Positions 51,929-64,000 of a stretch of DNA of 64,000 nucleotides are shown one piece after another. This DNA is from Batkoa obscura (Eukaryota). The notes under the pieces were generated by a model. It had not been told where the DNA came from and ran no database searches. It was given only the letters and a program-made list of their open reading frames with translations. Each line of letters starts with the position of its first letter. Within the stretch, counting starts at the first letter, position 1. The stretch covers positions 372,001 to 436,000 of the forward strand of contig JASVEC010000026.1 in the NCBI GenBank assembly GCA_030770535.1, read 5' to 3'. A program made the translations under genes and the position numbers.

Positions 51929-53119
51929 AGCATTAATAAATCCTAGCTAATATTATAGTATTTTGGCTTAAAATTTTATATATTATAGTAACTAAATAAA
52001 GGCTTTGTTGAATTAACAATATTAGAATAAGTTTTTAGTAATATGATAAAGAAATTAAATACCACTATAGCTTTTAAAAGAATAGAAAATAAGAAAATTG
52101 TAAGAAAGTAGATATTATTGCCTAAATAAGTAAGTGGCATTTTTATTATAGAATATATCCTCTAGACAGAAGTTAACAATTCAAGAAATAATTGAAGAGT
52201 AGAAAAAAAATATTAATTTATTAATTTATTCATCATCAAAAACATTAAAATTAAACAATTAAAAGACAATGTTTTATTTATTTGAAAGTAGTCTTTTAAA
52301 AACTACACATTCGAAATTGTATTTATTAAGATACTTAAAGTCAATAATGGGAGCTATAAAAGAAGTAAGCTATCTTCCTTGCAGGTAGTAGATGAACCAA
52401 AAGGCCTGTTTTTCAAAATTTCACAACCTTTTGTAGAATGTTTTAATTTAAAGTAAAAGTGGAAAAGCTCCATAACTAAGAAGGATCTCCGCCCAGAAAT
52501 ACAAGCCTGAGTAAGAGTAGGACCAGACTGGGACCCAAAAGCCAATTAACAATATTGTGGTGGATGATCCAAATAAGCGAAGCAGTGACCAGAGGTAAGA
52601 AAGAAATAAAATATGCTAAAAAAGGAGGCGAAAGAAAAATCAGCATGCAAATCTATAAACCCAAAACTAATATAGTTCCTAATGCAGAAGGTGTCAATAG
52701 CCAGATGGGTGAGATTTCTCAAAAAAAATAGAAAAAATAAATTGTTAAAAGATGCAACATGAAGGGAAATAGTGAAAAGCTGTTGATAAGGATGGTATCA
52801 AAAAAGGAAAAAATCCACACGTAATTATCTAATATATATATATATAACCTTGAAAGAGGAACGGGTTTTTTTTAGCTTTTAATTTATTTTACCATGATAT
52901 TTCAATCTAACCCTTATAAAATTTACCAAATAAATTATTAGCTAATAAAGTAATGTTCTTATATAAATTCTTGTATATAAATCAAATTAAAAAAAATCAA
53001 ATTATTTCTTAAAGTTTAAGTTAAACATTTTATAAATAGTACGTGCTTTTAATAAACCTGGACAATTGAAATTATATGAACCAATGGACTATTTGATAGA
53101 TTTTATGTAAATAAATAAT

Positions 53120-53857
53120 TTGCTTTTATCAAGCTATAGTGATATGGAAGCAAATTGCCGAGACCATACTATAGGTGTGTTTTTTACTAAGAGTTCTGTA
53201 CAAATAATGAGCTATGAAAGATCAAAAGAAACAGAGAAAGATTTCGAAGTTCTTAATATTAAACCGGATGGCGCTATTACTGAAGATAAAAGTGGAACGT
53301 TTCGCCCTTTTGTATATAATAATAAAGGTTATCACCTTAAACAAGATTTGGATAGTGCTGCTTTAATAACAGATTTTCCTGGACTTTTAAGGTATACAAA
53401 TCACTTCTATCATAACAATAAAACTATTCTTGTCAAAGTTGGAGATAGACTTGCAATTTCAAAAGTAGATTATAATAATGAATACGAAATTAGTATAAAA
53501 GAAATTAATGAAAAAATTGGATGGAACTTATTTTGTGATACTTTAAATTTAAAATTAGATTTTTATTACTTGAAAACAAAAAGTACATTAGAATTATATT
53601 TTCTATCAATATTTAAGGATCTAATTGCTGTAAGAATTGAAGATTGTACCTCTATTAATCCTTTTATTAATACTAATATCAAATTAGTTGATAGAAAAAT
53701 AATTGAAACTGGATTCAATGCGGATCGTTGTTTTGAATTTACCACACAATTATTTAAGTTTAAAAACAAGGTTTTCTCAGTTATTATGTATCATCCACAT
53801 TCGTATCTTGTTATTGACCCTGTTGGAATAAACTTAAATAGTTATTCAATCTCATAG
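53120..53857 (+). CDS. Hypothetical beta-rich protein (orphan family), possibly 5'-disrupted
   Basis: 245-codon open frame in very AT-rich DNA, supported by a decayed tandem paralog. The ORF track start is TTG; the first ATG is at ~53144. Confidence 0.55.
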   Translation: MLLSSYSDMEANCRDHTIGVFFTKSSVQIMSYERSKETEKDFEVLNIKPDGAITEDKSGTFRPFVYNNKGYHLKQDLDSAALITDFPGLLRYTNHFYHNNKTILVKVGDRLAISKVDYNNEYEISIKEINEKIGWNLFCDTLNLKLDFYYLKTKSTLELYFLSIFKDLIAVRIEDCTSINPFINTNIKLVDRKIIETGFNADRCFEFTTQLFKFKNKVFSVIMYHPHSYLVIDPVGINLNSYSIS

Positions 53858-54302
53858 ATGTCTCATGTATTCTAATAAATAATAAATGTATTACATTTTT
53901 TATTTCAAACTTTTATAAATTAAGATAATTTAATCCGTATTTTAATATGAATGATAATATATGTTAATAAAAATTAAATAGGTAAAAAAGTATTTATTAA
54001 GGATTTCCTTAGAGATAAAAAAAGAGAAAATAAAAAGTAAACTTTATTATTCACTAATTCCTTTATCTGTTTATTAGTTATAAAGAATAAATGATAGTAC
54101 GGATTATTGAAATTTATATTAATATACCTTTGTTAATAGTAAAAGTTTAACATTTTTATTTAAAATATTTAAGATGACCTTCGCAAGGGTGGAGCCTAAA
54201 GATTTTTAATTTTTAATTTTTAATTTTAACCTCCTGGTCCATACAAATATCAATACAGCACTTTAAAGTATCAAATGACTCATGTTTTCATATCCACCAT
54301 AT

Positions 54303-54399
54303 GGGGTGTTTTTTTGGTTTCATCACTTTTTTCTTTTTTTTAAGCGCTATTGAGCCGAAAAAATGTTAGTAAATTTCTTAAACAAAAAGAGACATCCCC
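54303..54399. mobile_element. ~98-bp MITE copy 5
   Basis: GGGGTGT...CATCCCC termini; ATAT duplication. Confidence 0.92.
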
Positions 54400-55458
54400 A
54401 TATATGAATTCTTTCGACCTTTCTAACCTTTTTATCATAATAATAATTTTTAAGCGATGCTATATAAGCGCTTAGATCTGGCTTTGTTTCATATTTCAAT
54501 GACAATCTAAGAGCTGTTAGTTTATTATTGGTGCTAATGGTAATTCCTTTATTGTTTCCTAGTGACACTTGAGACTAAGTCTGAGATCAAATAAAGGGAC
54601 AAGATAACTGCTATAAAATAAAATTTAAAGCTTTTCATATTGAATGAACTAAATTATAAGACTTTTTATTTAAAATAAATCTAAGTTATATTTAGTTTCA
54701 AGTTGCTAACTTATAGTATGATTTTTTTTAAAATAAATTTTATTTTTTTACTGAGTTCATTTATTTTAAAAGCATTTAATTATCAGCTATTTAGCTATAA
54801 GCTATAAATTGCTTGAACGTTAAATGTTTATTTATAATATGCTTATCTATTAGTTGTTTACTCCTTTAGCTATTGAGTTCTTAATTTTTAACTCTTAGTT
54901 GTGCAAGATGATACTGCGTATGATAGCCTTTTATGACTGTTAAATATCATTTAAACTATATTTACTATGAAAATAATAAATGAATCATCGGTTTAATATA
55001 TTAATGAATAATTTATATCATAAAATAAATTATACATTTCACTGAAATCAATTCAAAATTTAAAAACCAGTTTACAACCCTTTAATTTTTCTGTCTTTAA
55101 TATTATTCCTTGCACATAATGATTTTGTCATAATATATATTGGCAACTAGGTAATTAAATGATTTATTATTATTTTTTATTTATATCATAAATAAAGTAA
55201 GGATACAATGGTGTTATAGTAAAAAAAAATTGAACTTTTGATGAGCAATCAAATTTTTGACATCAAATGGAAACTATTAATAAGTACATTAAAGCAAAAA
55301 ATCTTTTCCCTAACCTCAATATCAGCACTAAAACCCATATTAAATCAAAACTTTTAAGTATAGTTTACTATAGTATCTTAACTAAAATTATTATAAAGTA
55401 TTTTTAGCTTTGTAAAAAATACTCGATAATTTAACGTAAAAATTGTCATGTAGGAAAT

Positions 55459-55538
55459 GGCTTATTATTATGGCCAAGAGCGCTTAACCATCACATGCCC
55501 TTACTAAAGGCCGAGGATTCGATTCTTTAAGTAAGCCT
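55459..55538 (+). pseudogene. Possible degenerate tRNA-like sequence
   Basis: GGCTTAT...GTAAGCC could form a 7-bp acceptor stem, and GAGCG and GGATTCGATTC resemble D-arm and T-loop remnants. The arms do not fold properly. Confidence 0.3.
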
Positions 55539-58531
55539 CGTTCTGAAAATACAAAAAACACGGATTTGTGTTTGCTTATGCAATTTACGAAAACTGCCAT
55601 GAGTTTCAAATTTGACTCTCATCAGTGTACTATCTTGATACCACCTTCAATTTTGTACAGTTTATTATAAAAAAATTGCCACGTAATTTAAACACCCAAG
55701 TACAATTTTGTCAAATTTTTGAATAAATCTTGATAAAAAATATCACTTATTATAAAACATTTATTTGGTGATATTCATAATTGCTATGTTAATCTGGTTA
55801 TAGCTTTATTTTTTGAAAGTTCTAAGAAATGCAGGTTATTTGATACAATTTTTTTTTAAATCTGATATTAAAGCCAGTATTTTCATTTATTTCGAAAAAA
55901 ATATAGCCAATAGAAAATTAAAGAATAATAATTTGCTATTTTTAATTTAATTCCAAATAGATAGAATATCCACATGATAAAAAATTTGAACTTTTTTAAT
56001 TTGAACATCACTTTTTATTTGTTGTATTAATAAAAATCGAACATTGTTTTTCATTTGCAAGATTGGTATAATTCAAGCATCATTTTTTATTTGTTGTATT
56101 TGTTTCTTTAGTTTATTTGTATACATATATGACTATACATACTATGGTTTATTATACTTTTGTTTGTTTTTAGTTGTTTTCATTAAATCATCTCATTAAT
56201 ACAAAAATATTTTTAAAATTGTGATTGTGAAATCATCATAGAACACTAATAAAGGATTACTTCATCTAATATAGTAGTTAAATATCAGCGATACATACAT
56301 GTCAAAATTTAAAAGTTTTTACTATTAGATTGTAGATTTAAAAATGAAACAAATAGGCAATTCTTTCTTTTAACTTTTTCTTAAAGCTTTATAATAATTT
56401 TAAGAACTTGTAATTAAATTTAATTGTAAATTTTGATAGTGCGAGTATAAATTATGAGTTACTAGAAATTCAGGGATAAAATGATTTTTAGGCCTATTTT
56501 TTTGAATTTTTACTTTGATTTCTCAAGGATTTTTCTATATAGGGTAAACCGCGTTCAGTTTTATATTGAAGACAAACATAGTAATGTTAAATGATAATTT
56601 GAATGGTTATCAAAACTAACTATATTGTTTGTGTAAACACCTCCAATGATAGTAAACTTCTAGTATACATACTGCAAAAGCACATGAATTAGGATATTGA
56701 CTTAGAATAACAGTGTGTAAAATATCATTTATTAATTAGATAGCGGACATCATGTATATTTGTTATAGCCAAATATAGTCAGCAATAAAACTTCCATTAT
56801 TCAATTTGTTTTCTAATTTGGTTATTATAATATAAAAATATAGATGCAAAATCAAAACAATCACTAGGTAAATAAGTCAAAATAGGGCTATAGGCTTCAC
56901 ACTTTTACTTTTAAGTAAAAGAAATTTTAAATAACTATCTACAATTTTAAACATTTATCTATAATTTTTAACGTGTATGATGTTCTATTTCGTGACCGCC
57001 ACATGTATTTTTTAACTGATGTTTATCAAGTCTAGATTCGATGTCTTTACAATGCTTAGTATAATCAAATATACCAAATAGTTTTGTTTAAACAAGAACT
57101 ACAATTTTTGAACATAATGGTTTTGTAAGGATTTTACTCCTTTAAAACCTGTTTTTTAACGCCTGAATGAAGGCTGAAAGTAAGCTTTATATATTTTTTT
57201 AAATATGGAATGTAATACAAAATTAAAGAGTGTGATATAAAAGGAGAGAAACCGAAATACAAAGTAAACAGCGTTGTATTCATTCAAATAAAGGATGAAT
57301 TTTAATTATTGATACAATGATATTGGAAAGTAGCCCACTATTACGTAGAAAAAAACAATTTGATTGTCTGATTCGTCATGTTATTACCAAGGTTAAAAAT
57401 GTTTAGATATTTAAACAGGTTTGAATTTTAGAATAAATTGAAAAAAAACAGTTACTTGTTTTGTATTATATTTGGATATTGGTGCTATTTTGTATGTATC
57501 ATATAGCTGAAACTTTTTTTTTATCGTTAAACAATGAATAAAACTGGTTGATTAATTTCCTTCTTTTAAAACTGAAAAACTTGTTATATGTTTTGGTTAA
57601 GATAATTAACTAAACAGTCACATAAAATAAGTCTAGTACTTTTGCGCATGCTATTATTAAATATTTTTTTAATAATCATCATACTACAACGTTTGTTATA
57701 TGTAGTTATATCAATTAAAAACATAGATAAACCTAGTAACTACTTTTATATCAGTAAAAAATTAGCCTTCTAATGTTTAAGTTTTAATAATAACGGTGGC
57801 ACTTAAATATTTCGATATATCTTAATTTGTATGTTATAACTTTATTTTAATTGTAGCCGTGCTTTATACAATTAAGGAATTTTAACCAATATAGATATAA
57901 ACCTGTTTACATCTATATTATTGTATTTAATTTTATCGAAATAGGATGTAAAGAAAAAAGATAAGCTTATAAAGAATAACTTTCATGAACTATTATTCGC
58001 AGTACTATTTTGGTAGATATCCTATTAATAAAACGATAGCAACAGTTTTAGATAATCACAATAGAATAGTTGGATGGTGCTTTATATTTAAAATTTTCTG
58101 TCTATCATAAGCCTAAATAATTATGGTATTTTATCTTATTTTTTCTATTCAATAAATTTTAAAATGTATACAAATTGGGAAGATTCAAATTATGAATTTT
58201 CAATAACTTTATGGGTATTCATTATACATGTTAAAATAACAGTTACTCCTATTTTGCTTGGGATTTAAATGATATATCTAAGTTGATAATAGTGATTTAA
58301 TTATAAAATTTAATGATAGTTTATATTTAAAAGCTAAATAAATAAGATCATTCAATTAGTCAACAAACATTAAGTTTATTTAAAAATATACCAGTATAGA
58401 TAAAAAATGACAAGCCTTATACTTATGCTTATAAAATCCTCATAAAGATCTAAGGTTTGAGGCATTATGAAAAAGATGAAGAATTAGATGATTTCAATAA
58501 AGAGTAATCTCCTTGCCGAAGATTATATTAA

Positions 58532-59122
58532 CTAAAATGGAGTAAGAGTAAAATTTGAAAAAGATGGTTGGACCTTGATCGTTGGCTCAATTGGATGAAA
58601 GTTATTAAAGCAATTAGTAGCACTAGACGAAAACTTTATGTCTTTCACTGGATAATGAGTACCTAATAAACCTAATGATCTGAGTGATGGTAGAAGCAAA
58701 GATCCAGTTTCATGGTTAGAGGCCCTTCTTTCTATAAATTTAGGGCTCCTAACAGTAGGCGTATGGGTGGATGAAGAGGCTTGGAATGCAGATGGCAGAG
58801 TTAGATTAAAAGTATTCCTTCTTACTCTATTTTTTTTACCGCTTCTTTTTGGCACATATTTATATCCGGGATACAGAGACGAATGGATAACCTTTTCCTG
58901 TTCTGCTTTCTGCTTGTAAAACTCCTTGACACCCTCTGGCTCATTCTTCCACATATCTCCTATTATTACGCTAATATTCTGATTGTTTTCACCTGGCATG
59001 GTCATTTGGAGCTCTTGCTGCTTTTCTCTTCTGTAGACGAAGAAGCAGTTCATAGGACGTGGTACTTTTCCTTGAATGTTACTCTGATATGCACTACCAT
59101 TTGTATCTTCTTGTGGTTCCAT
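58532..59122 (-). CDS. MATA_HMG/SOX-type HMG-box transcription factor
   Basis: KVPRPMNCFFVYRREK...NNQNISVIIGDMWKNEP...YKQKAEQEK..HSSLYPGYKYVPKR; intronless, 196 aa. Confidence 0.93.
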   Translation of the reverse strand: MEPQEDTNGSAYQSNIQGKVPRPMNCFFVYRREKQQELQMTMPGENNQNISVIIGDMWKNEPEGVKEFYKQKAEQEKVIHSSLYPGYKYVPKRSGKKNRVRRNTFNLTLPSAFQASSSTHTPTVRSPKFIERRASNHETGSLLLPSLRSLGLLGTHYPVKDIKFSSSATNCFNNFHPIEPTIKVQPSFSNFTLTPF

Positions 59123-61555
59123 GAAAACGGTTAAAATTATAATAATTTAAAGTATCAATATTTGAATTTTACTTTAAGATATAAATTTCAAAAGCGGTGC
59201 ATCCTGCTCTTTAAATAGTTGTAGTTTGTGCAGTTCAAATGTCTCCTAATTAGGAAGCTAATAAATTATCCTTAAGGAATTTTATTTAAAAGCCACCTGA
59301 TGCTAGTATCAAATCTTAACTTTATTTACAAATTCTACCAAACTCTAAATCAAAAAGTTACCAACCTACTTCAAGCATAGATCCAAATAGTTATATATGA
59401 TATTGTAGCTTCGAGTTATACGAGCGATACCAATTCTTTATCAAACAAAATAACTAGAACTTTCTTGTGTTAGATTTAAATAGAAAAGTTAATGATAAAG
59501 AATAAAAGCATTTATTTGAAAGTATACAACCTGTTTGGTTTTTGGAATTTTTTATGAATATTATATTCTTTTCTAAATTACCCCATATATAATTTAGCTT
59601 TCATATATCTTAATTAGGTGCCACTTTATTTCGTGACTCACATACTTATAATGCTTTATTTTTGGAACTTCACTAAAGTTTTCTTTTTCTTTTATTTATG
59701 TTTTAAATATCATTTAATTTTCTAAAATAGATAATATAAAGTAAGATTGCTAAATAATGCGTAATGATGAGGATACTTGAAATGATTTTGTTCATTAACT
59801 CTAAAATATTATAAGAACCAAATTATAAGACGGTGAAAATAAGAATAGTAAACTATTCCAAAATAGAAGTATAATTACATTTTATATTACAATAGTCTAT
59901 CCACTTATAATTAAGTATTGTAATAAAATACTTTAAATAGAAATTTGCTTGGCAAAGATTTATATTGGAATTCATTTGAAGACTATTTTTAAAATGGATG
60001 ATGGATTTTATTAGAGTACTGGATAATAGTTTGTACTTTATATAATTTATAGTGAATAGAATATTCAAAAATCGATACTATATACCCACCTTACCGCCTC
60101 TTCCTATAACTTTTACTTTACATTACTAATGCGGTGCCTTTTTTTGTTTGTTTTGAATGTTCATCTTTATTTAACTCACCTTTTTATTGAATAATAATTA
60201 CAAATTATTTATCAATTATAAAGATTTAAGTAACTAATTCTTCAAAAAGAAGTGGCGGATACCTATTTAGTAAATTTTACAACACCATAATTTCTCGGGA
60301 TAAACTATAAAGGAACATACTAATATTTTTCCACTCATCTATTGATATTTAAATTTGTATTTATACACATTATATTTATGCTAAATTTATTATAATTATC
60401 TTATATTTATTTTGTGAAAATTTGATTATATGACAGTTCGTAGTTTTGAATTTTAGACAAGTTAAAAATTATGTATATTTAAACATTAAATTAAGTATTA
60501 TAGTTGGTTATTAAATTGTGTGCTATTAGTATTTTATACCAATATAACTCTTTAGAGAAAGAATATTTATAGCATTATTTAAAATTTGGTTGTCTATTTA
60601 TTGCTATGAGCTGTCTTAGATAAATAATGATTTATATTATTATTTTTTAATATAGCTTAAATACTAATTTTCTTCAATTATGAATGTTCAATATTATCTG
60701 CCAAGTGATATAGCAGTTTATTAAATGAAAACACTATTAATCAATCCTTTAATTATAGTATGATAATATAATAGTTGGTACTCATTAAAATCAAAGCTAC
60801 TAAGGTTAAGATGAAAATTAACAAAAGTATGACATTTTATAATGTTAGTAATTTATTCAATGTAGTTTTATGAATATTATCTAAATACAATGTCACATTT
60901 TTAAATTTAATTCTAAAATGTTATTGAACACTATTGGCAGCATAAATAAAAACCTTCACTAAGTTTTTTATGAATAGTTGTATTTTAAAATAGCATTAAA
61001 GTATCCTTACTTTTTTAGTAAAAAGTTTTATAAACAAGGATTCAGCGAGTTATTATTTTCAAATAAAGTAAACACAAAAGTACAAGAAACAAAATACAAT
61101 GACTATTTGAAAACTAAGGAATACATTCTAACTTAATAAGGCCATTTGTTTCCTATTTGAAGTTTTAAAAATTAATTCAATTTTAAGTAATTTTTGGAAT
61201 TTTTCAAAATATTTAATATCTCACTCATTATAAAACCTTAGGGCTAGCCCCATTTACTTGTCCAAAATCCAGTTATCTAAAAAAATAGATAAATAAATAC
61301 AAAATACATTAATTTTATTGTACCATATATGTAAGGTTTGGAATGGGGACCTTTCTTTGGCCTCTGGTGACATCAATGACTTTAATTATCAAGCCAGGCG
61401 GAGTTTTGTATCATAAATAAATGTCAATGTGACTCTAGACTTCTCAAAGGAGCTTACAACGAATAGCAATGTTATCTAGCCATGGGTTAATGGATTGTAA
61501 TGGGAGATAGTTAACTAAGTTGCTTAGGCTTAATGACTGAATTAAGGAGATAAAT

Positions 61556-61654
61556 GGGGGTGTTTTTTTTAGCTTCATCACTTATTCCATCTTTTAAGAG
61601 CTATTTGAGTGGAAAAATTAGTAGTAAAATTCTTAAACACAAAAATACATCCCC
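61556..61654. mobile_element. ~98-bp MITE copy 6
   Basis: GGGGGTGT...CATCCCC termini; AAAT duplication. Confidence 0.92.
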
Positions 61655-63872
61655 AAATATTGTAGATTTTTAGTATAAATAGTTATAATTTTAATGTAAA
61701 ACAAAAAACGAAATCATGGAAGAGAGCATCTTTAAGCATTTACCAGAAACATCAATCTTTACCGTTCTTGTAGCAATCCTTTTTATATCCATATATATAC
61801 TTAAAGAAGTAAGAGTTTTGAGGTACTTAGAAAGAACATTTTTATTCGATTAAAAAAACAAACAAAGCAAGTAGATAAGCCCTTCTTTGTTTTATTCCTT
61901 ACTTTAAATTATTATTATAAACTTTATGTAACTTGGTAAGATATTAAAAGGCTATATAGTCGTATAAATATTTTAAAAAAATACTAGCTCAGTCTAAAAG
62001 CATCATAACTTGTATGAGAGGGGGATTTGAAAGCTGCATAACATGTACTCGCTTTTCTAATTCATTTAATTCAGAGTAAAATATTATTATACAAGGCTAG
62101 CATTAAGATAAACTTATTAATAAATTTTACAATTTGAATAAATCAAAAGCACCTCAATTATGATTTTAAACAAATTCGCTTATTTTTATATTATATTATA
62201 TTTCTGTTATATATCTATATATTTGTTCGAGCTCTATTTAAATGAAAATATTGAAAACTTTAACAGAATTCATTAAATAAGAATAAATATAAAGAAATAG
62301 ATTTAAATGGAAATATAGGCAAATTAGTCAGTATCCGTCTGATCTTCCAAAGTTATTCTTTTTAAAAAAAGTTATTAGTATTTTAGGTATCCTTACCGCA
62401 TTAAATAAAAGTTTTTTTTACAGCTGTTGCAGTTCTTTTTCGGTTTGTATAACCGCATATTTAAGGCAAAAAAATTAAAGTCGAAATTCTATTAGAATAA
62501 TGGGAGCCAGTCTTAAAGAAATGGTTATTAAATAGCTAATGATAGAAATTATCGCTAAAAAAGTCGTAAAGAAGTTGCAAGAACTATAAAGCATATTGAT
62601 TTATGTTCTATGGATAAATTCAAGTATAAATCCATTTAGGTTAGATTTTTATAATTCGATAAAAAAGGTAACATAAGATAAAGCATTTAGTATTAAAAGT
62701 TCTAAATATATAATAAATTAAAAATAACCCATTTGTTTTCATGGGGTATTTAAAACCGTATTGTGATTATAAAAATAAAAGCTTATATTATGAACAAAAA
62801 TAATTATAAACATCATCAATTTTTTCTATACCGCTACGGAAATTCTGTGTGCTATGAGCTATTTTATTTGGCATTGACTTTACTGAACAAAGCTCAATGT
62901 GCTCATCATCCTTCATTGTTAACTTTTTTATTCATATTATTTTGAAAGTAAAAATTAAAAACATTTTAAAAAGAAAAAAAGGTGGCTAATTGGTAAAGAA
63001 TAGTAAAGGTACAGTATTGTTGTATTTATAACATTTGTCTTCTCATTGTTGCTTTTTCCTCTATCCTATTTGTTAATATACCGCTTGGGAATTAATTGTT
63101 TTTTCAAGAATATACAAATAAGATATAAAGGGCAAAATAAAAAATATAATGGTTGCTTATGATTAATGAAAACTTTATTTTTTTTAATTATTCGCTTATT
63201 TGTTACTACTTTTTTTGTATAAATTCATTTTTAATTAGAATTGATACTATCGTCAAAAATAGTAGGTTTATATTGTGATATTTATAGAATTTTTCAACTT
63301 TTTTACTGATGAAAGTGATATTGAATTAAATTAAATAAAGTAGCAATCAATTAAGTATAGTAAAACCCTTTTTGAAATATAATATTTATTAAAAAGTGAT
63401 GATGGCTAAGAGCTAAAGCCCTTAGTTTTTATATTCTATAATTTTGATCGAATTAAGCAATTGTAAGTTTTAAGATATTATGATTCTTAAAACTTATTAA
63501 ATCCAGTCTTGTTTCGAGTAATAATTTTCTCACAATTGATGACAGTATGATTAGTAATTTGTACAAATGTAACAAAGAAAGTTTACATTGACTTGCTATA
63601 TAGAAGCTAGAAAAGTTTCTCCTACATAATTTATTATTAATCTTATAAAGATTTCATCAATCAAAATTTTATGATCAGGCGAATTGCTATATGTTTATGA
63701 ACAAAAATCATCTTGTTTTTTTACATTGTTTATCATATTCTAGATAAGACGTATTTTGTGACATTCTATTTCTATATATCTACATGAATTTTTGTACTTA
63801 TATTCGAAGTTTGATATTTTCCCGCCTTTAATATAATATCCGAAGCTTGCAATATTTATGATATTTATATAT

Positions 63873-63971
63873 GGGGGTGTTTTTTTTGGCTTCATTATTT
63901 TTTCCATTTTTTAAGCGCTATTTCAGCGGAAAGATTGTTAGTAAAATTCTTAAACAAAAAAATACATCCCC
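63873..63971. mobile_element. ~98-bp MITE copy 7
   Basis: GGGGGTGT...CATCCCC termini; ATAT duplication. Confidence 0.93.
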
Positions 63972-64000
63972 ATATGTTAAGAATTATAAAGTACAAAAAA

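Noticed and set aside
52350..52800. Moderately GC-richer patches at 52350-52800 and 61230-61550
   Set aside because: Possibly decayed coding or retroelement relics, but I could not recover any recognisable motif.
58883..59134. Antisense or alternate-frame ORFs over real genes (also 9081-9389, 25768-25950, 40258-40563, 49958-50191)
   Set aside because: Shadow frames of the annotated coding sequences.
17131..63971. ~98-bp repeat as a CRISPR array or ncRNA family
   Set aside because: Copies are dispersed in both orientations with terminal inverted repeats and target duplications, with no repeat-spacer periodicity and no cas genes.

Overview
Very AT-rich eukaryotic DNA with short GT-AG introns (mostly ~45-70 nt) and Zn(II)2Cys6 transcription factors, so it is fungal. 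An early-diverging lineage such as Entomophthoromycotina is plausible but is inference only. Intron-rich housekeeping genes are an SDR, a PhnP-like MBL hydrolase, a SET-domain protein, an APC7-like TPR protein, DPH2, GPATCH1 and two tRNA nucleotidyltransferase paralogs; there is also a tRNA-Lys(CTT). These are interleaved with intronless accessory genes: a bacillopeptidase-F-like subtilisin, two Zn2Cys6 TFs plus a pseudogene copy, an Old Yellow Enzyme with an altered active site, an HMG-box TF and five decayed F-box-like genes. Highlights are (1) a 2.86-kb Sola2-like DDD transposon with perfect 22-bp TIRs and a matching ~98-bp MITE family (7 full copies plus 1 fragment, AWAT target duplications); (2) a tandem pair of secreted Kunitz/BPTI inhibitor genes, one absent from the ORF track; (3) a second CCA-enzyme paralog whose flexible loop and motif E have diverged; and (4) two inverted segmental duplications ending at or near these elements. 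All alignments and exon joins were made by eye.
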